Below are positions 26,498 through 36,700 of a stretch of 64,000 bases of DNA, one piece after another. Positions within the stretch are counted from its first letter, which is position 1, and every line of letters starts with the position of its first letter. Where the stretch lies: the IMG/VR virus record IMGVR_UViG_3300031951_000129. One strand, written 5' to 3'. Position numbers and translations under genes: made by a program. Under the pieces are notes generated by a model. That model did not search any database. It worked only from the letters and a program-made list of their open reading frames with translations, and had not been told where the DNA came from. This DNA is from an uncultured virus (IMG/VR IMGVR_UViG_3300031951_000129). Lineage: Duplodnaviria; Heunggongvirae; Uroviricota; Caudoviricetes.

Positions 26498-27520
26498 ATG
26501 AGCACTCTCGATCTCTTCAAAGGAAACCCGCTGGTCAACAGCGACCTGTTCAAGTCCCTGATGGACACGACGCGTCGCATGGCCGGTGGCATGGGCGGCG
26601 GTCCGCGGATCAGCATCCGTGGGTCCAAGTGGCGCCTGATGGAAGGCGGCAATCAGGTGTCGGTCAGCAAGTCGGACACCATGAACATGGTGGTGCTGGA
26701 CGCCGCGCCGGTGTCGCGCACCTACTACGAGGGTGCCTACGACCCGGACAACCCCTCGGCACCGACCTGCTGGTCGTCGGACACCAACGTGCCGTCGTCT
26801 GACGTGCCGGAGGAAAAGCGGCAGGCTGCGCGCTGCAGCGACTGCCCCATGAACGTCAAGGGCTCCGGTCAGAACAACACCCGCGCCTGTCGGTTCTCGC
26901 AACGTCTGGCCGTGGCGCTCGAAGGCGAGCTGGAGAAGGTGTACCAACTGCAGCTTCCGGCGGCGTCCCTGTTCGGCGAGCCCAACGGCAAGCTGATGGG
27001 CCTGCAGGCGTACATGAAGTTCCTCGCAGCGCACAACACCCCGGCTATCGCCGTGCTGACCGAGGCGAAGTTCGACGAAGACGCGACCGCGCCGAAGCTC
27101 TACTTCCGTCCGGTCCGTGCACTCGACGAGGAAGAACTGCCCGTGGCGTTGGCGTCGCGTGACAGCGAGGAGACCAAGCAGGCGATCACGCTGTCAGTCT
27201 ACCAGACGGACGCCACGCCTGCTGCGGACTCCGAAGCCGCCGCTGCGCCCAAGGCGAAGGCCAAGGCCCGCGTCGAGGACGACGAGGAAGAAGCCCCGCC
27301 GCCGGCCCGCAAGCCGCGTACGACCAAGCCCAAGGCCCGCGTCGAGGACGATGAGGAGGAAGAAGCTCCGCCGCCCAAGGCGAAGGCCAAAGCCAAAGCC
27401 GCCGACGAAGACGAGGACGACGACGTCGGCGACGTGAAGGTCGAGACGGCCCGCAAGAAGGCCCCGGAGCCCACGTCGAACAAGCTCGCCGATCTCCTCA
27501 GCCAGTGGGACGACGAGTAA
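26498..27520 (+). CDS. Putative single-stranded DNA-binding protein
   Basis: Lies between helicase and primase; CxxC/C Zn motif and long acidic tail ending WDDE. Confidence 0.6.
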   Translation: MSTLDLFKGNPLVNSDLFKSLMDTTRRMAGGMGGGPRISIRGSKWRLMEGGNQVSVSKSDTMNMVVLDAAPVSRTYYEGAYDPDNPSAPTCWSSDTNVPSSDVPEEKRQAARCSDCPMNVKGSGQNNTRACRFSQRLAVALEGELEKVYQLQLPAASLFGEPNGKLMGLQAYMKFLAAHNTPAIAVLTEAKFDEDATAPKLYFRPVRALDEEELPVALASRDSEETKQAITLSVYQTDATPAADSEAAAAPKAKAKARVEDDEEEAPPPARKPRTTKPKARVEDDEEEEAPPPKAKAKAKAADEDEDDDVGDVKVETARKKAPEPTSNKLADLLSQWDDE

Positions 27521-27583
27521 ACCGCCAACCGCGCCCCCGGGACTCTGTGACCGGGGGCGTCCACTCAACAAGGCGGAACCCAC

Positions 27584-30475
27584 ATGGAGACGACACGGTT
27601 TCTATCGTCCGTTCTGGGCGACGAAGGCGCGTACTGCCTGTTCTTCATCACACCGGGCAAGAAGCGCATCCAGAAATTCTACCCGACCATCGAGCGGCTC
27701 GTTGCGGCTTCACAGGAAGCGGCTGCATCCGACGCCGACGTCTATTTCGCGCTGGCCACGTTCAAGGACAGCTCCAGCCGCGAGGCGGACAACGTCCAGC
27801 AGATGCGCTCCTTCTATCTGGACCTCGATTGCGGTCCGACCAAGGACTACGCGACCCAGACCGAAGCGGTGCAGGCGCTGCGAGTCTTTGTGCAGGAGAT
27901 GCAGCTGCCCCGCCCCATGCTGGTCAACAGCGGCAGGGGGGTGCATGTCTACTGGCCCCTGACCAAGCCGATATCGCGCGAGGCGTGGCAGCCGGTGGCC
28001 AACGCGCTGAAGCGGGCATGCGCAGCGAAGGGCCTGCGGACCGACACGGGGGTCACGGCCGACGCGGCGCGCGTGCTGCGCATGCCGGACACCAAGAACC
28101 ACAAAGACACCCCGCCGATCCCTGTGACGTTCATGACGCACAGCGCGGCCGAGACGCCGCTGAAAGACTTCGCGGCGCTACTGGCCGATTATGCAGGGCG
28201 CATAACGACCGAGGACCCTGACGCGGCAGCGCTCAAGGGGGTGCTGATGTCCATGGCCGACGACCCGGTCATGCAGCGCCTGCTGCGCAACCGCACGGCG
28301 TCGTTCCGCAAGATCATGCAGCGGGGCGAAGACGGATGCCGCCAGCTGGTCCACATCGTGCTCGATCAGGCCAACACGCCGGAGCCGCTGTGGCGCGCGG
28401 GGCTGTCCATCGCCAAGCACTGCGAGGATGGCCGCAAGGCCGCGGTGCGGATGTCAGAGCAGCACCCCATGTACGACCCGGAGGAGCTGCAGGAGAAGTT
28501 CGACCGCGTCGAGCACCCCTACTCGTGCAAGAAGTTCGAGGAACTGAACCCGGGCGGCTGTGCAGGCTGCCCGTTCTTGGGTAAGATCGGCACGCCGTTG
28601 CGGCTTGGCGAAGACATCGCCGAAGCCCCCGAGGAGCCGGAGACACCGGAGCCCGAGGAGATCGACGAGGAAGACGCAGACGACACTGACGATCCCATCG
28701 ACGCGTCGGCGGCCAAGCCGACGGCGAAATCGGCGATACCGCACAAGCTGCCGTGGCCCTATTTCCGCGGCGCGCAAGGCGGCATCTACACGAAGACCGA
28801 GACGGACAGCGGAGAAGTCGAGAAGGTGCTGGTGTACAGCAACGACCTCTACTTCACCAAGCGGGTGCTGGATCAGGAAGCGGGCGAGTGCATGATCGGC
28901 AGGGTGCACTTGCCCAACGACAAGGCCCGGGAGTTCATCCTGCCGCTGACGGCCGCGACGGCGAAAGAGGAGCTGAGGAAGATACTGTCCGCCAACGGCG
29001 TGACTGTTCCGAGCAAGAAGTGGGAAGCACTGATGGCATACACGCACTCATGGATCGAGAACCTGCAGACGACCACGGTGGCAGACACCGCGCGTCGGCA
29101 ATTCGGCTGGGCGGACGACGAGATGACGTCCTACGTCATCGGCGAGCGCGAGATCTTCGCCGACCGCGTCGGCTACAACCCCCCTGCCACCTCCACGGCG
29201 TTCCTGTTCCCGGCGATGCGCAAGGTCGGCACACTGGAGGGCTGGGTGGCGCAGGCGAACTTCTACAACCGCCCCAACCTTGAGCCCTATCAGTTCGTCG
29301 TCTGTCAGGCGCTGGCCGCGCCGCTGATGCGCCTCACCGCTGTGAACGCGGCGATCTTCGACTTCTACAGCGACGGCTCCGGCCACGGGAAGTCGACCAC
29401 ACAGGCGTTCGCCGCCACGATCTACGGCAACCCGTCCGACCTCATCATGGGCCCGAAAGACACCCTCAACTCCCGCATGAACCGGCTGGAGATCATGAAG
29501 GATGTCAACGTGCAGTTCGACGAGTTCACCGAGTTCCCGTCCGAGGATGTGTCGTCGCTGATCTACGAGATCACCAACGGCCGCCAGAAGGCCCGCATGT
29601 CGTCCGGCAGCAACGCCGAGCGGTTCCGGGGCGAGGCATGGAAGACGACGGTGGCGGCATCGTCGAACCACTCGATGCTGTCGAAGGTCTACGCCTCCAA
29701 GGCCAACCCGCGCGCCGAGGTGCAGCGGGTGCTGCGGTACCACGTGCAGCCGCACAACTTCACCGACAAGACCGAGACCGACAAGTTCGCCAAGTCGGTC
29801 GGCGAGAACCGGGGGCACGCGGTCGAGGTGTTCGTGCAGTACGTCATGCGCAACAAGGAGACGGTCAAGACGGTCCTCGACAACGTGCAGCGCAAGCTGG
29901 ACAAAGCCTGCGGCCTGACCATGCAGAACCGGTTCTGGTCGGTGCAGGGGGCCGTGACGATCACCGCGCTGATCTGCGCCCGGGAAGTCGGCCTGCTCTC
30001 CTACGATGTGAAGACCCTGTTCGACTGGGTCGTGAAGCTCATCGTGGAGAACAAGGACGCGGACATGAACGCCATCGCGCCCATCGAGACCATCATCAAC
30101 GACTTCGTAAACGAACACTACGGCAATATCCTCTGGATCAAGAGCACCGCCGACCTGCGTGGCGTGCACAACAGCCCCGGGCTCGATCAGCACGTGGTGC
30201 CGGATATGCAGCCGAAGACCAAGCTGGTGGCACGGTACGAGACCGATGTAAAACGGCTTTACTTGGTGCCAAAGGCGTTCCGCTATTGGTGCACCCGGCA
30301 GCGGATGAACCCGGACTCGGTGATGGCGGAGGCGGCGCTGAAGTTCCGCGGCGAGTACCGCAGGATGCGGCTCGGCAAAGGCACAAAGCTGCAGCTGCCT
30401 GCGACCCTGACCCTCGTGCTCGACTGCGACACCATCGACATGCCCGAGGTACCCGATGCCAGTGGCGAGGGATGA
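27584..30475 (+). CDS. Primase-helicase (AEP/RepB-type primase plus DUF927 P-loop domain)
   Basis: YLDLD, NSGRGVHVYW, RVLRMP, Cys cluster, GSGHGKST and FDEF. Confidence 0.88.
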   Translation: METTRFLSSVLGDEGAYCLFFITPGKKRIQKFYPTIERLVAASQEAAASDADVYFALATFKDSSSREADNVQQMRSFYLDLDCGPTKDYATQTEAVQALRVFVQEMQLPRPMLVNSGRGVHVYWPLTKPISREAWQPVANALKRACAAKGLRTDTGVTADAARVLRMPDTKNHKDTPPIPVTFMTHSAAETPLKDFAALLADYAGRITTEDPDAAALKGVLMSMADDPVMQRLLRNRTASFRKIMQRGEDGCRQLVHIVLDQANTPEPLWRAGLSIAKHCEDGRKAAVRMSEQHPMYDPEELQEKFDRVEHPYSCKKFEELNPGGCAGCPFLGKIGTPLRLGEDIAEAPEEPETPEPEEIDEEDADDTDDPIDASAAKPTAKSAIPHKLPWPYFRGAQGGIYTKTETDSGEVEKVLVYSNDLYFTKRVLDQEAGECMIGRVHLPNDKAREFILPLTAATAKEELRKILSANGVTVPSKKWEALMAYTHSWIENLQTTTVADTARRQFGWADDEMTSYVIGEREIFADRVGYNPPATSTAFLFPAMRKVGTLEGWVAQANFYNRPNLEPYQFVVCQALAAPLMRLTAVNAAIFDFYSDGSGHGKSTTQAFAATIYGNPSDLIMGPKDTLNSRMNRLEIMKDVNVQFDEFTEFPSEDVSSLIYEITNGRQKARMSSGSNAERFRGEAWKTTVAASSNHSMLSKVYASKANPRAEVQRVLRYHVQPHNFTDKTETDKFAKSVGENRGHAVEVFVQYVMRNKETVKTVLDNVQRKLDKACGLTMQNRFWSVQGAVTITALICAREVGLLSYDVKTLFDWVVKLIVENKDADMNAIAPIETIINDFVNEHYGNILWIKSTADLRGVHNSPGLDQHVVPDMQPKTKLVARYETDVKRLYLVPKAFRYWCTRQRMNPDSVMAEAALKFRGEYRRMRLGKGTKLQLPATLTLVLDCDTIDMPEVPDASGEG

Positions 30476-30677
30476 CGACCTGTTCCCCGACGGGGTGCGC
30501 GTCGTCGTGGACTGGGATCTGATGCGAGTGGGCGACTCTGCGTTTGTCCCCTGCATCAACGTTCATGAGCTGCAGCGCCAGCTGAAGCCGATCTTCGCGC
30601 GGCGTGGCTGGGACTACAAACTCCGGGTAGCCTGCGAGAACCATATTTTGGGGGTTCGCATCTGGCGCGCAGCATGA
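30456..30677 (+). CDS. Small putative DNA-binding protein
   Basis: DWDLMRVGDSAFVP...ILGVRIWR; resembles 17140-17382. Confidence 0.7.
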   Translation: MPVARDDDLFPDGVRVVVDWDLMRVGDSAFVPCINVHELQRQLKPIFARRGWDYKLRVACENHILGVRIWRAA

Positions 30678-30735
30678 TATAGGAGTCGGGACAGCTGTTG
30701 GGTGCTGTCACTGCTTGTCGAACTCCTTGACTCTG

Positions 30736-30762
30736 ACCCCCGCTTCGGCGGGGGTTTTTTTA
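30736..30762 (+). terminator. Rho-independent terminator at the convergence of the two arms
   Basis: ACCCCCGC-TTCG-GCGGGGGT followed by a T-run. Confidence 0.88.
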
Positions 30763-33700
30763 TCCCGCTACCGACGCTGGACCCCAGTCTTCCATCATCT
30801 GCCGGATCATCGGATCGAGCGCCGGAGTGTACGCCACGCCATGGTGCATCCGCGACGTCGTTTCCTCGTGGCTCCGCATCGAGCGTTCGAGCACCTCCCG
30901 CGTGATCGGGAAGTAGGGGTGCCGCTGGTTGAACTCGCGGATCTCCGCGTCGATCTCCCGCACTGCCTCCATGTCGCCCTGCCGGGTGGCCACGTACCGC
31001 TGCTGCAGCAGCCGGCTGCGCTGGGTGTTGATCGCGTTGTTGATCCGCGACCCCATGGCGTTCTTGGACAGCTGCTGCGCGTACTCGGCGGGCATGAAGC
31101 CGACCACCTGCGCCGCGATGCCGAACGGCCCGATGTCGTCGACCATGGGGTCGAACCGACCGGTGCGAATGCCTTCTTCGGCGTAGCGCGCCGCCCGGAC
31201 CAAGTTGGCCATGGCTGACGGCAACACCGCCTCGCCAAACCGTCCATACTGGCCCTCTGCCAGCAGCGCCCACGGCCGCTCGCCCGTGTACTTGAGCGCC
31301 ATGCCAAGCACCGGTCCACCGATGCCTTCGGCGAACTGGAACAGCGGCGGCATCTGGTCCGACGCAAAGCCCGTGCGGTAGAACGCACCGCCAAGGCCGA
31401 TCCGCTCCGACACGCGCAGCCCGGTCAGGTAGTCGATGGCGCCGTACGACCCGAGCGCCCCGAACTGCATCTGGATCATGGAGTCGAAGTCTGGCTCGTC
31501 ATCGTCCGCCAGCAGTAGGTTGTACAGCCACGCCACCTGCTGCATCATCGGGAGACCGAGGGCACCGGACGTCAGCGCCAGCATTCCCATCATCCCCGCG
31601 ATCTGCTTCCGCGCGATGGCCCGCTCAGGTGTGTTCTCGCCGAACGACTTCTGCGCCGTCTGCGCCAGCAGGTTCATCATCGCCAGCGGGTGCCGCTTGA
31701 ACAGGTACACCAAACTGCCGAAGTTCGACGTCGACCACTTCGGGCCCGCCGCGGCAAACATGGGGCCGCTCGTCTTGTCCGACATCTCTATGGCCCGCTC
31801 GGCGGCGCGCGTCGCCTGCTCCGGCGTCGGGGTGAGCTTGCCGCTTTCGAGGTCTGCCACGAAGCTCGCGAACGACCGCGTGTCTTTCATCTGCTGCTGC
31901 AGGTCCATGTTGTACGTCGCCAGCAGGGACGTTTCACGGACATACCGCTCGGCGTGGTGCTGCAGGATCGAGGCGACACCGGCGACGCGCTGCACGAAGG
32001 TGGGGTCTTCCCCCATCAGTTCATCACGCACCAGCGAGCGGTAGAACACGCCGTTGGTCTTGGCCATGTCGTGCAGTGGCTTGAGGTAGGCGTTCTTGGG
32101 GTCGGTGAAGTCCTTGTTGTCCAGCGAGAAGTCGAACATGGAGACCGGAGACCGTTCTTCCGTGACCTTGCCGTCAGACCCAACCAGCTCGACCGAGCGC
32201 GTCTTGCCCGTGCCACCGAGCGACCGGGTGGCGTGTCCGATAGCGGACATGGTGTTCCGGTACCCGTACCGTCCCCCGGCGACCGGCGCGTAGAACACCG
32301 GCAGCGACATCGTCGACAGCACCGCAGAGGACACGTTGAAGCCGAGCGTGGCCATGTAGGTCGCGCTGACCGCAGTCCCGACAGCCTTGGACCGGTGCTG
32401 GAACGGAACCGACGTGTACTCTGTCAGCAGGTCCCGGTAGTGCCGCATCTCGTCGTTCTGCCGCGCCCACTCCTCGGCTGTGACCCCCACAGGGGTCTTG
32501 TTCTGCCGGATGGCATATTCCTCATCGAGCTGCGCCCGCAGCGCCGCGAACTTGGCACCGTACTTGAGATCAGCCACCTGCCGCGCCAGCTGCGCGTTGC
32601 TGCGGTTGATGTTGGCGATGGTGTCGCCAGCGGTCAGGCCCTGCGTCAGTGTGGTGAAGTCGCCCTCGAAACCCCGGATGTTCCCGCGCTTGCGGAAGGA
32701 GTTCATGAACGACGTCTCGGGCATCGTGTCGAACATCAGCTCGACGATGCGCCCTTTCACGTCGCCTTCGAGTCCGTCGGTGCCGTCGATCTGATCCAGA
32801 ACCTTGGCCACGAACTCCATGGGCACCTGCGGACGCCGCCGCGCCTCGCCGACGTTCTGGTACGGGGTGATGCTCCGCGCCGGGAAGTGCCGTGCCTCTG
32901 CCGCTTGCTGGATAGGCAGCGGGATCGTGACCTTGGTTGCGGGGTCGCCAGACTCCACGGCGGCGATGAAGTCCGCCAGCGGGCGCGGGTCGCCCATCAG
33001 CCGCTGCACCTCGGCGTAGTACGGCTCGTTCTTCTTGGCGAGCACCCGCAGGGCGGCCTGCTGCTGACCGAGGCTGGTGAACGCATGCTTGAACAGCTCG
33101 ACGCGCCCGGTCTCCGGGTCGAAGTCGCTGTAGGTCACCCAGTAGTTCCCCTCGCGCCGCAGCGCTTGGTACGGGTCAATCAGCTGCCCCGCGAGGATCT
33201 TGTCGTAGATCTCACCGAAGATCTTGTCCTGCAGCTTGCGGTTCTGCGGCAGCAGGGCTTCGAGACGGGCCTTCACCGCGGCAGTCAGCTCCTTGCTCAG
33301 TGCAATCGGCAGGGCGTAGATGCGGTCCAGCTCCTGCTTCAGATCGGCAGGGAGCGGATCGTACAGAGCCTTGAGCTGCGCGTAGACCGCCAGCTGTTCT
33401 GCATCCTCGTCAAACCGACGCCGCACCTTGGCCGTCCGCCGCTGCTCGGCTGGCAGGCTGGCCCGCTTGGCGTTGAGCGCCGCGTCGCGCTCCGCCTCGG
33501 TCGCATACCGCTTGGACACGTTCAGCTTGCCCCGGCTGCCGTCAGGCCGCACGTCGTACCACGAGAAGTCGTACCCCATGTAGGCACTGCGCGGCTTGCG
33601 CGCGTCGACCTCGGACATGGATCCGACGAGCCGGATCTTGTTGATCGCGTCGATCTTGTCCTGCTGGTCCGCATACTTGTCCAGCACGGTGCGCACGCGG

Positions 33701-36700
33701 TTCACGGTGGCACCGGCCATGTTGCTGATGCGCTCCTGCTCGGCCTTGTGCTGCCTCACCAGCGCGTGCACCTGCGTGGCGCTGGGCAGGTACTTCTGTG
33801 CCGCTTCGCCGACATACTCCAGCGGCATGGCCGCGCGCACCAGCACGTCCTTCCACGCCGGGGGAACTTGCAACGACCGCATGACCCGGCCAAGTTCTGC
33901 CGCGTCCTCTTTGGTCGGCATCCGCATGTTCTGCCCCACCAACTCCCGCACCCGCGCCATGGGGTTGGGTGCGAACGACGCCCCCACAAACTCACCAGCA
34001 CCGACGCCGCCGGGTCCGTCGGCCAGCACGCGGTCCAGCGCCCGGTCCAGCGTATCCTGCGCCGAGTCCATCTTGACCGTCGGCCGCCCCATCAGGGACC
34101 GCAGGAAGTTCCGCAGGGTGTGCTTGATCTGAGCCCACGCCGAGTACGGCTTGCCGTCGACGTTGATGAAGGCGAGGTCCGTCCGGAACACCGGGTTGGT
34201 CATGGCTTCAGCCAGCATCTCGCGGACGTTGGTCAGCCCGTAGGACTCCGGCGGCAGCGTCTTGAGTAGGGTGACGCGCAGCGTCTCCAGCTGCCGGGTC
34301 AGCACATGCGACGGCTTGGTCAGCGTGGCGTCCGCCACGGCGTGTACGGCCTCGTGCAATACCAGTTCCGGCGCGAGCGGCACGCTGCCGTTGAAGATTA
34401 TGCGCCCCGCATAACGCTCGATCAGGTCCGCTGCCTCGTTGTGGTTCTCGCGCCGCATGGCGTCGATCTGCGCAGGCGAGCGCGGCTGAATGTACACCCC
34501 TGACGGAGCCTCCACGCCGAGCGTCGGCGTCTCCGGCGACAGCACCGACCTGATCCGTGCCATCTCATCCGGCGAGACAAACTCGACCTGCGTGCCCGAC
34601 ACCCGGTCCACCAGCTTCTCCGCCAGCAGCCGCATGTTGCGGTTCGGTGCCGTCATCGCCAGCACATTGAGCGCGCCAGTCAGATCCCCGTTCCGCAGCA
34701 GCGCCCCGACGCGCGGGTGCGCATCCGCTTCCCACAACGAGAAGCTGGCGCTCCACGGCGCTTTCGGCATGCTCGGCTGCTTGCGCGTGCTCGGCGCGGC
34801 CTGCCGCTCCACAACCTTGCTCTCGGCTTCTTGGATAGCCGCGATGCGCGCACTGCGTGCCGCGCGTTCCGTCTCCTGCTTCTGCCGTAGCGCCTGCTCC
34901 CGTTCGGGAGTGATCCGCTCTCCGCGGCGCGTGCCGCTGACCCCGGCGTCCGGCAGTGCGGCGTCTTCAACCGCCGCTGCCCGCTTCTGGACCATGCTCC
35001 GGTCCCGCAGTGTGCTCTGGGTCTCGTAGTCCCGTGCGGCGTAAGCTGCGCGGTCTACCGTCGCCCGTCCATCCCGCATGGCACGGAACTCGGCCACCGC
35101 CTCTGGCGACAGCGTGGCCTCTACCCACCGCTCCGCAAGCTGCGCTGCTTTCGGCCCCAGCCCTTCGAGCATGGCAATCTCGGCGTCGAGCGCCTCGGTC
35201 AACGGCTCCGCCGCCTGCATGTCGTTGAGCTGCGCCACGTCGTCCTTCGCGCGCACCGCGTCGCCCCGGATCGTGCGCGCCGTGTAGAACCCGGGTTGAT
35301 CCTCCAGCCGTGCCAGCGCCGCGTCATAGGCCATCATATGCAGCGCATAGCCGGGGTCCGGCGACCGGCTGAAATACCGCCGCGCCGCGCCTTCCGGCGA
35401 CAGGTTCTTGTTCTGCTCCCGGCGGGGTCCGTTCAACAGCAGCTGCATGACTTGCGCCATGTCGTCGGCGCGGAGGTCGGACGTCTCCCGGTCGGCGGGG
35501 GCAATGCGGTCGAACGCCTCCTGCACGCGCACCGGTGCGTTGCTGCGGAACCAGCTGTCCACGGCCTGCGCCGCGTTGGCCCGCACGATGTCAGCCTCGG
35601 CCGCGAGTTCTTCGGCGACAAGCCGGGGCGCGTCGGACACGATATTCGGCTTAGCCGGGTTAGCCCGATCAAGCACCGGTGCTCCGGGCACCCCGCGCGG
35701 AATTACCTGACCTGCCGTACCCGTCGGCGTCCCGGGGATGGCTCCCGACATGGGCGCGTACTCCGGCGCCGGAACCGGTGCGACCGGTGCTGCGACAACC
35801 GGCGCCGTCGGTGCAGGCGGCGCGGCGGGCGACGGGGTCAGTGGAGCGTACTGTGCATCCGCTGCATCTGCAGGGCGTACAGCGCCGCTGTCAGATTGCT
35901 CCAGTCTTCCGGGGTCAAGCCCCATAATTCCGGCGGCAGGTGCGGGGGTTCCGCTGTCTCCGGTGTCGACTGGCTCATCTCCGCGACCACCTTCAACCCC
36001 AACTCCAGCTGGTGCAACGTCAGGTGCGTCAAGTCCCCGATCTTCCGTAGCGGTGGCTTCTGCATTGGGTTCCTCCACAGCCGGCGGAGCGGTATTGCGC
36101 TCGGCTTCCTGCACGCGAAGATACTCCAACGCGCGCTTCTTGGCGTCCGGATTTTTCGTGTTGGCGGCAAACCGTTGCAGCCGGGTCTCGAACGTCGGGG
36201 CGTCGCGGACCTCTCCGCTCTCGACTGCATTGGCCACAGCAGCCGTCGGCGGAACGCCCACGCTGCGAAGAACTTCGCGCATGGTGTCCTTGGTCAGCGG
36301 CTGCTGCCCTTCCTGCACCGGCAGCGTGGGCATGACGGTTTCTGTCGGCGCCGTGGGCGTTGTTCCAACCACAGGCGCGGGTGCCGCGACGGTGGGCTGC
36401 GCGAGCGGAGACCGGACCTTGCGTGCCTTGGGCGCAGCGGGAGCAACAGCCGGGCTGACCGACGGCGTGACCGGAGGTGTGGGGATCGGAGCCGTCGGCG
36501 TCGGGGCCGTGGCCGCCACGGGTGCAGCTGCGGGCGGCGTCGCTGGAGCCGCAGGCGCCGCGAACGCACCAATACCGCCAGTCTGCGGTGTTCTGGGGTA
36601 CGCCGGGATGTTGCCCCCCGGCTGGCCAGACACCTGCTGCGGCCCCATGGGCGGCACCGTGACAACCGGCGGCGGAGGAAATGCGGATGGTGACGGCAGC

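Noticed and set aside
30680..30762. Small RNA before the central terminator
   Set aside because: A GACAGC/GCTGTC hairpin is present, but the evidence is too thin to distinguish it from a 3' UTR.
31690..34269. Long antisense ORFs (e.g. 31690-34269, 12001-13689, 29048-30559) and the alternate-frame ORF 61804-63708
   Set aside because: Shadow frames expected from high-GC3 codon usage of real genes; no motifs or RBS.
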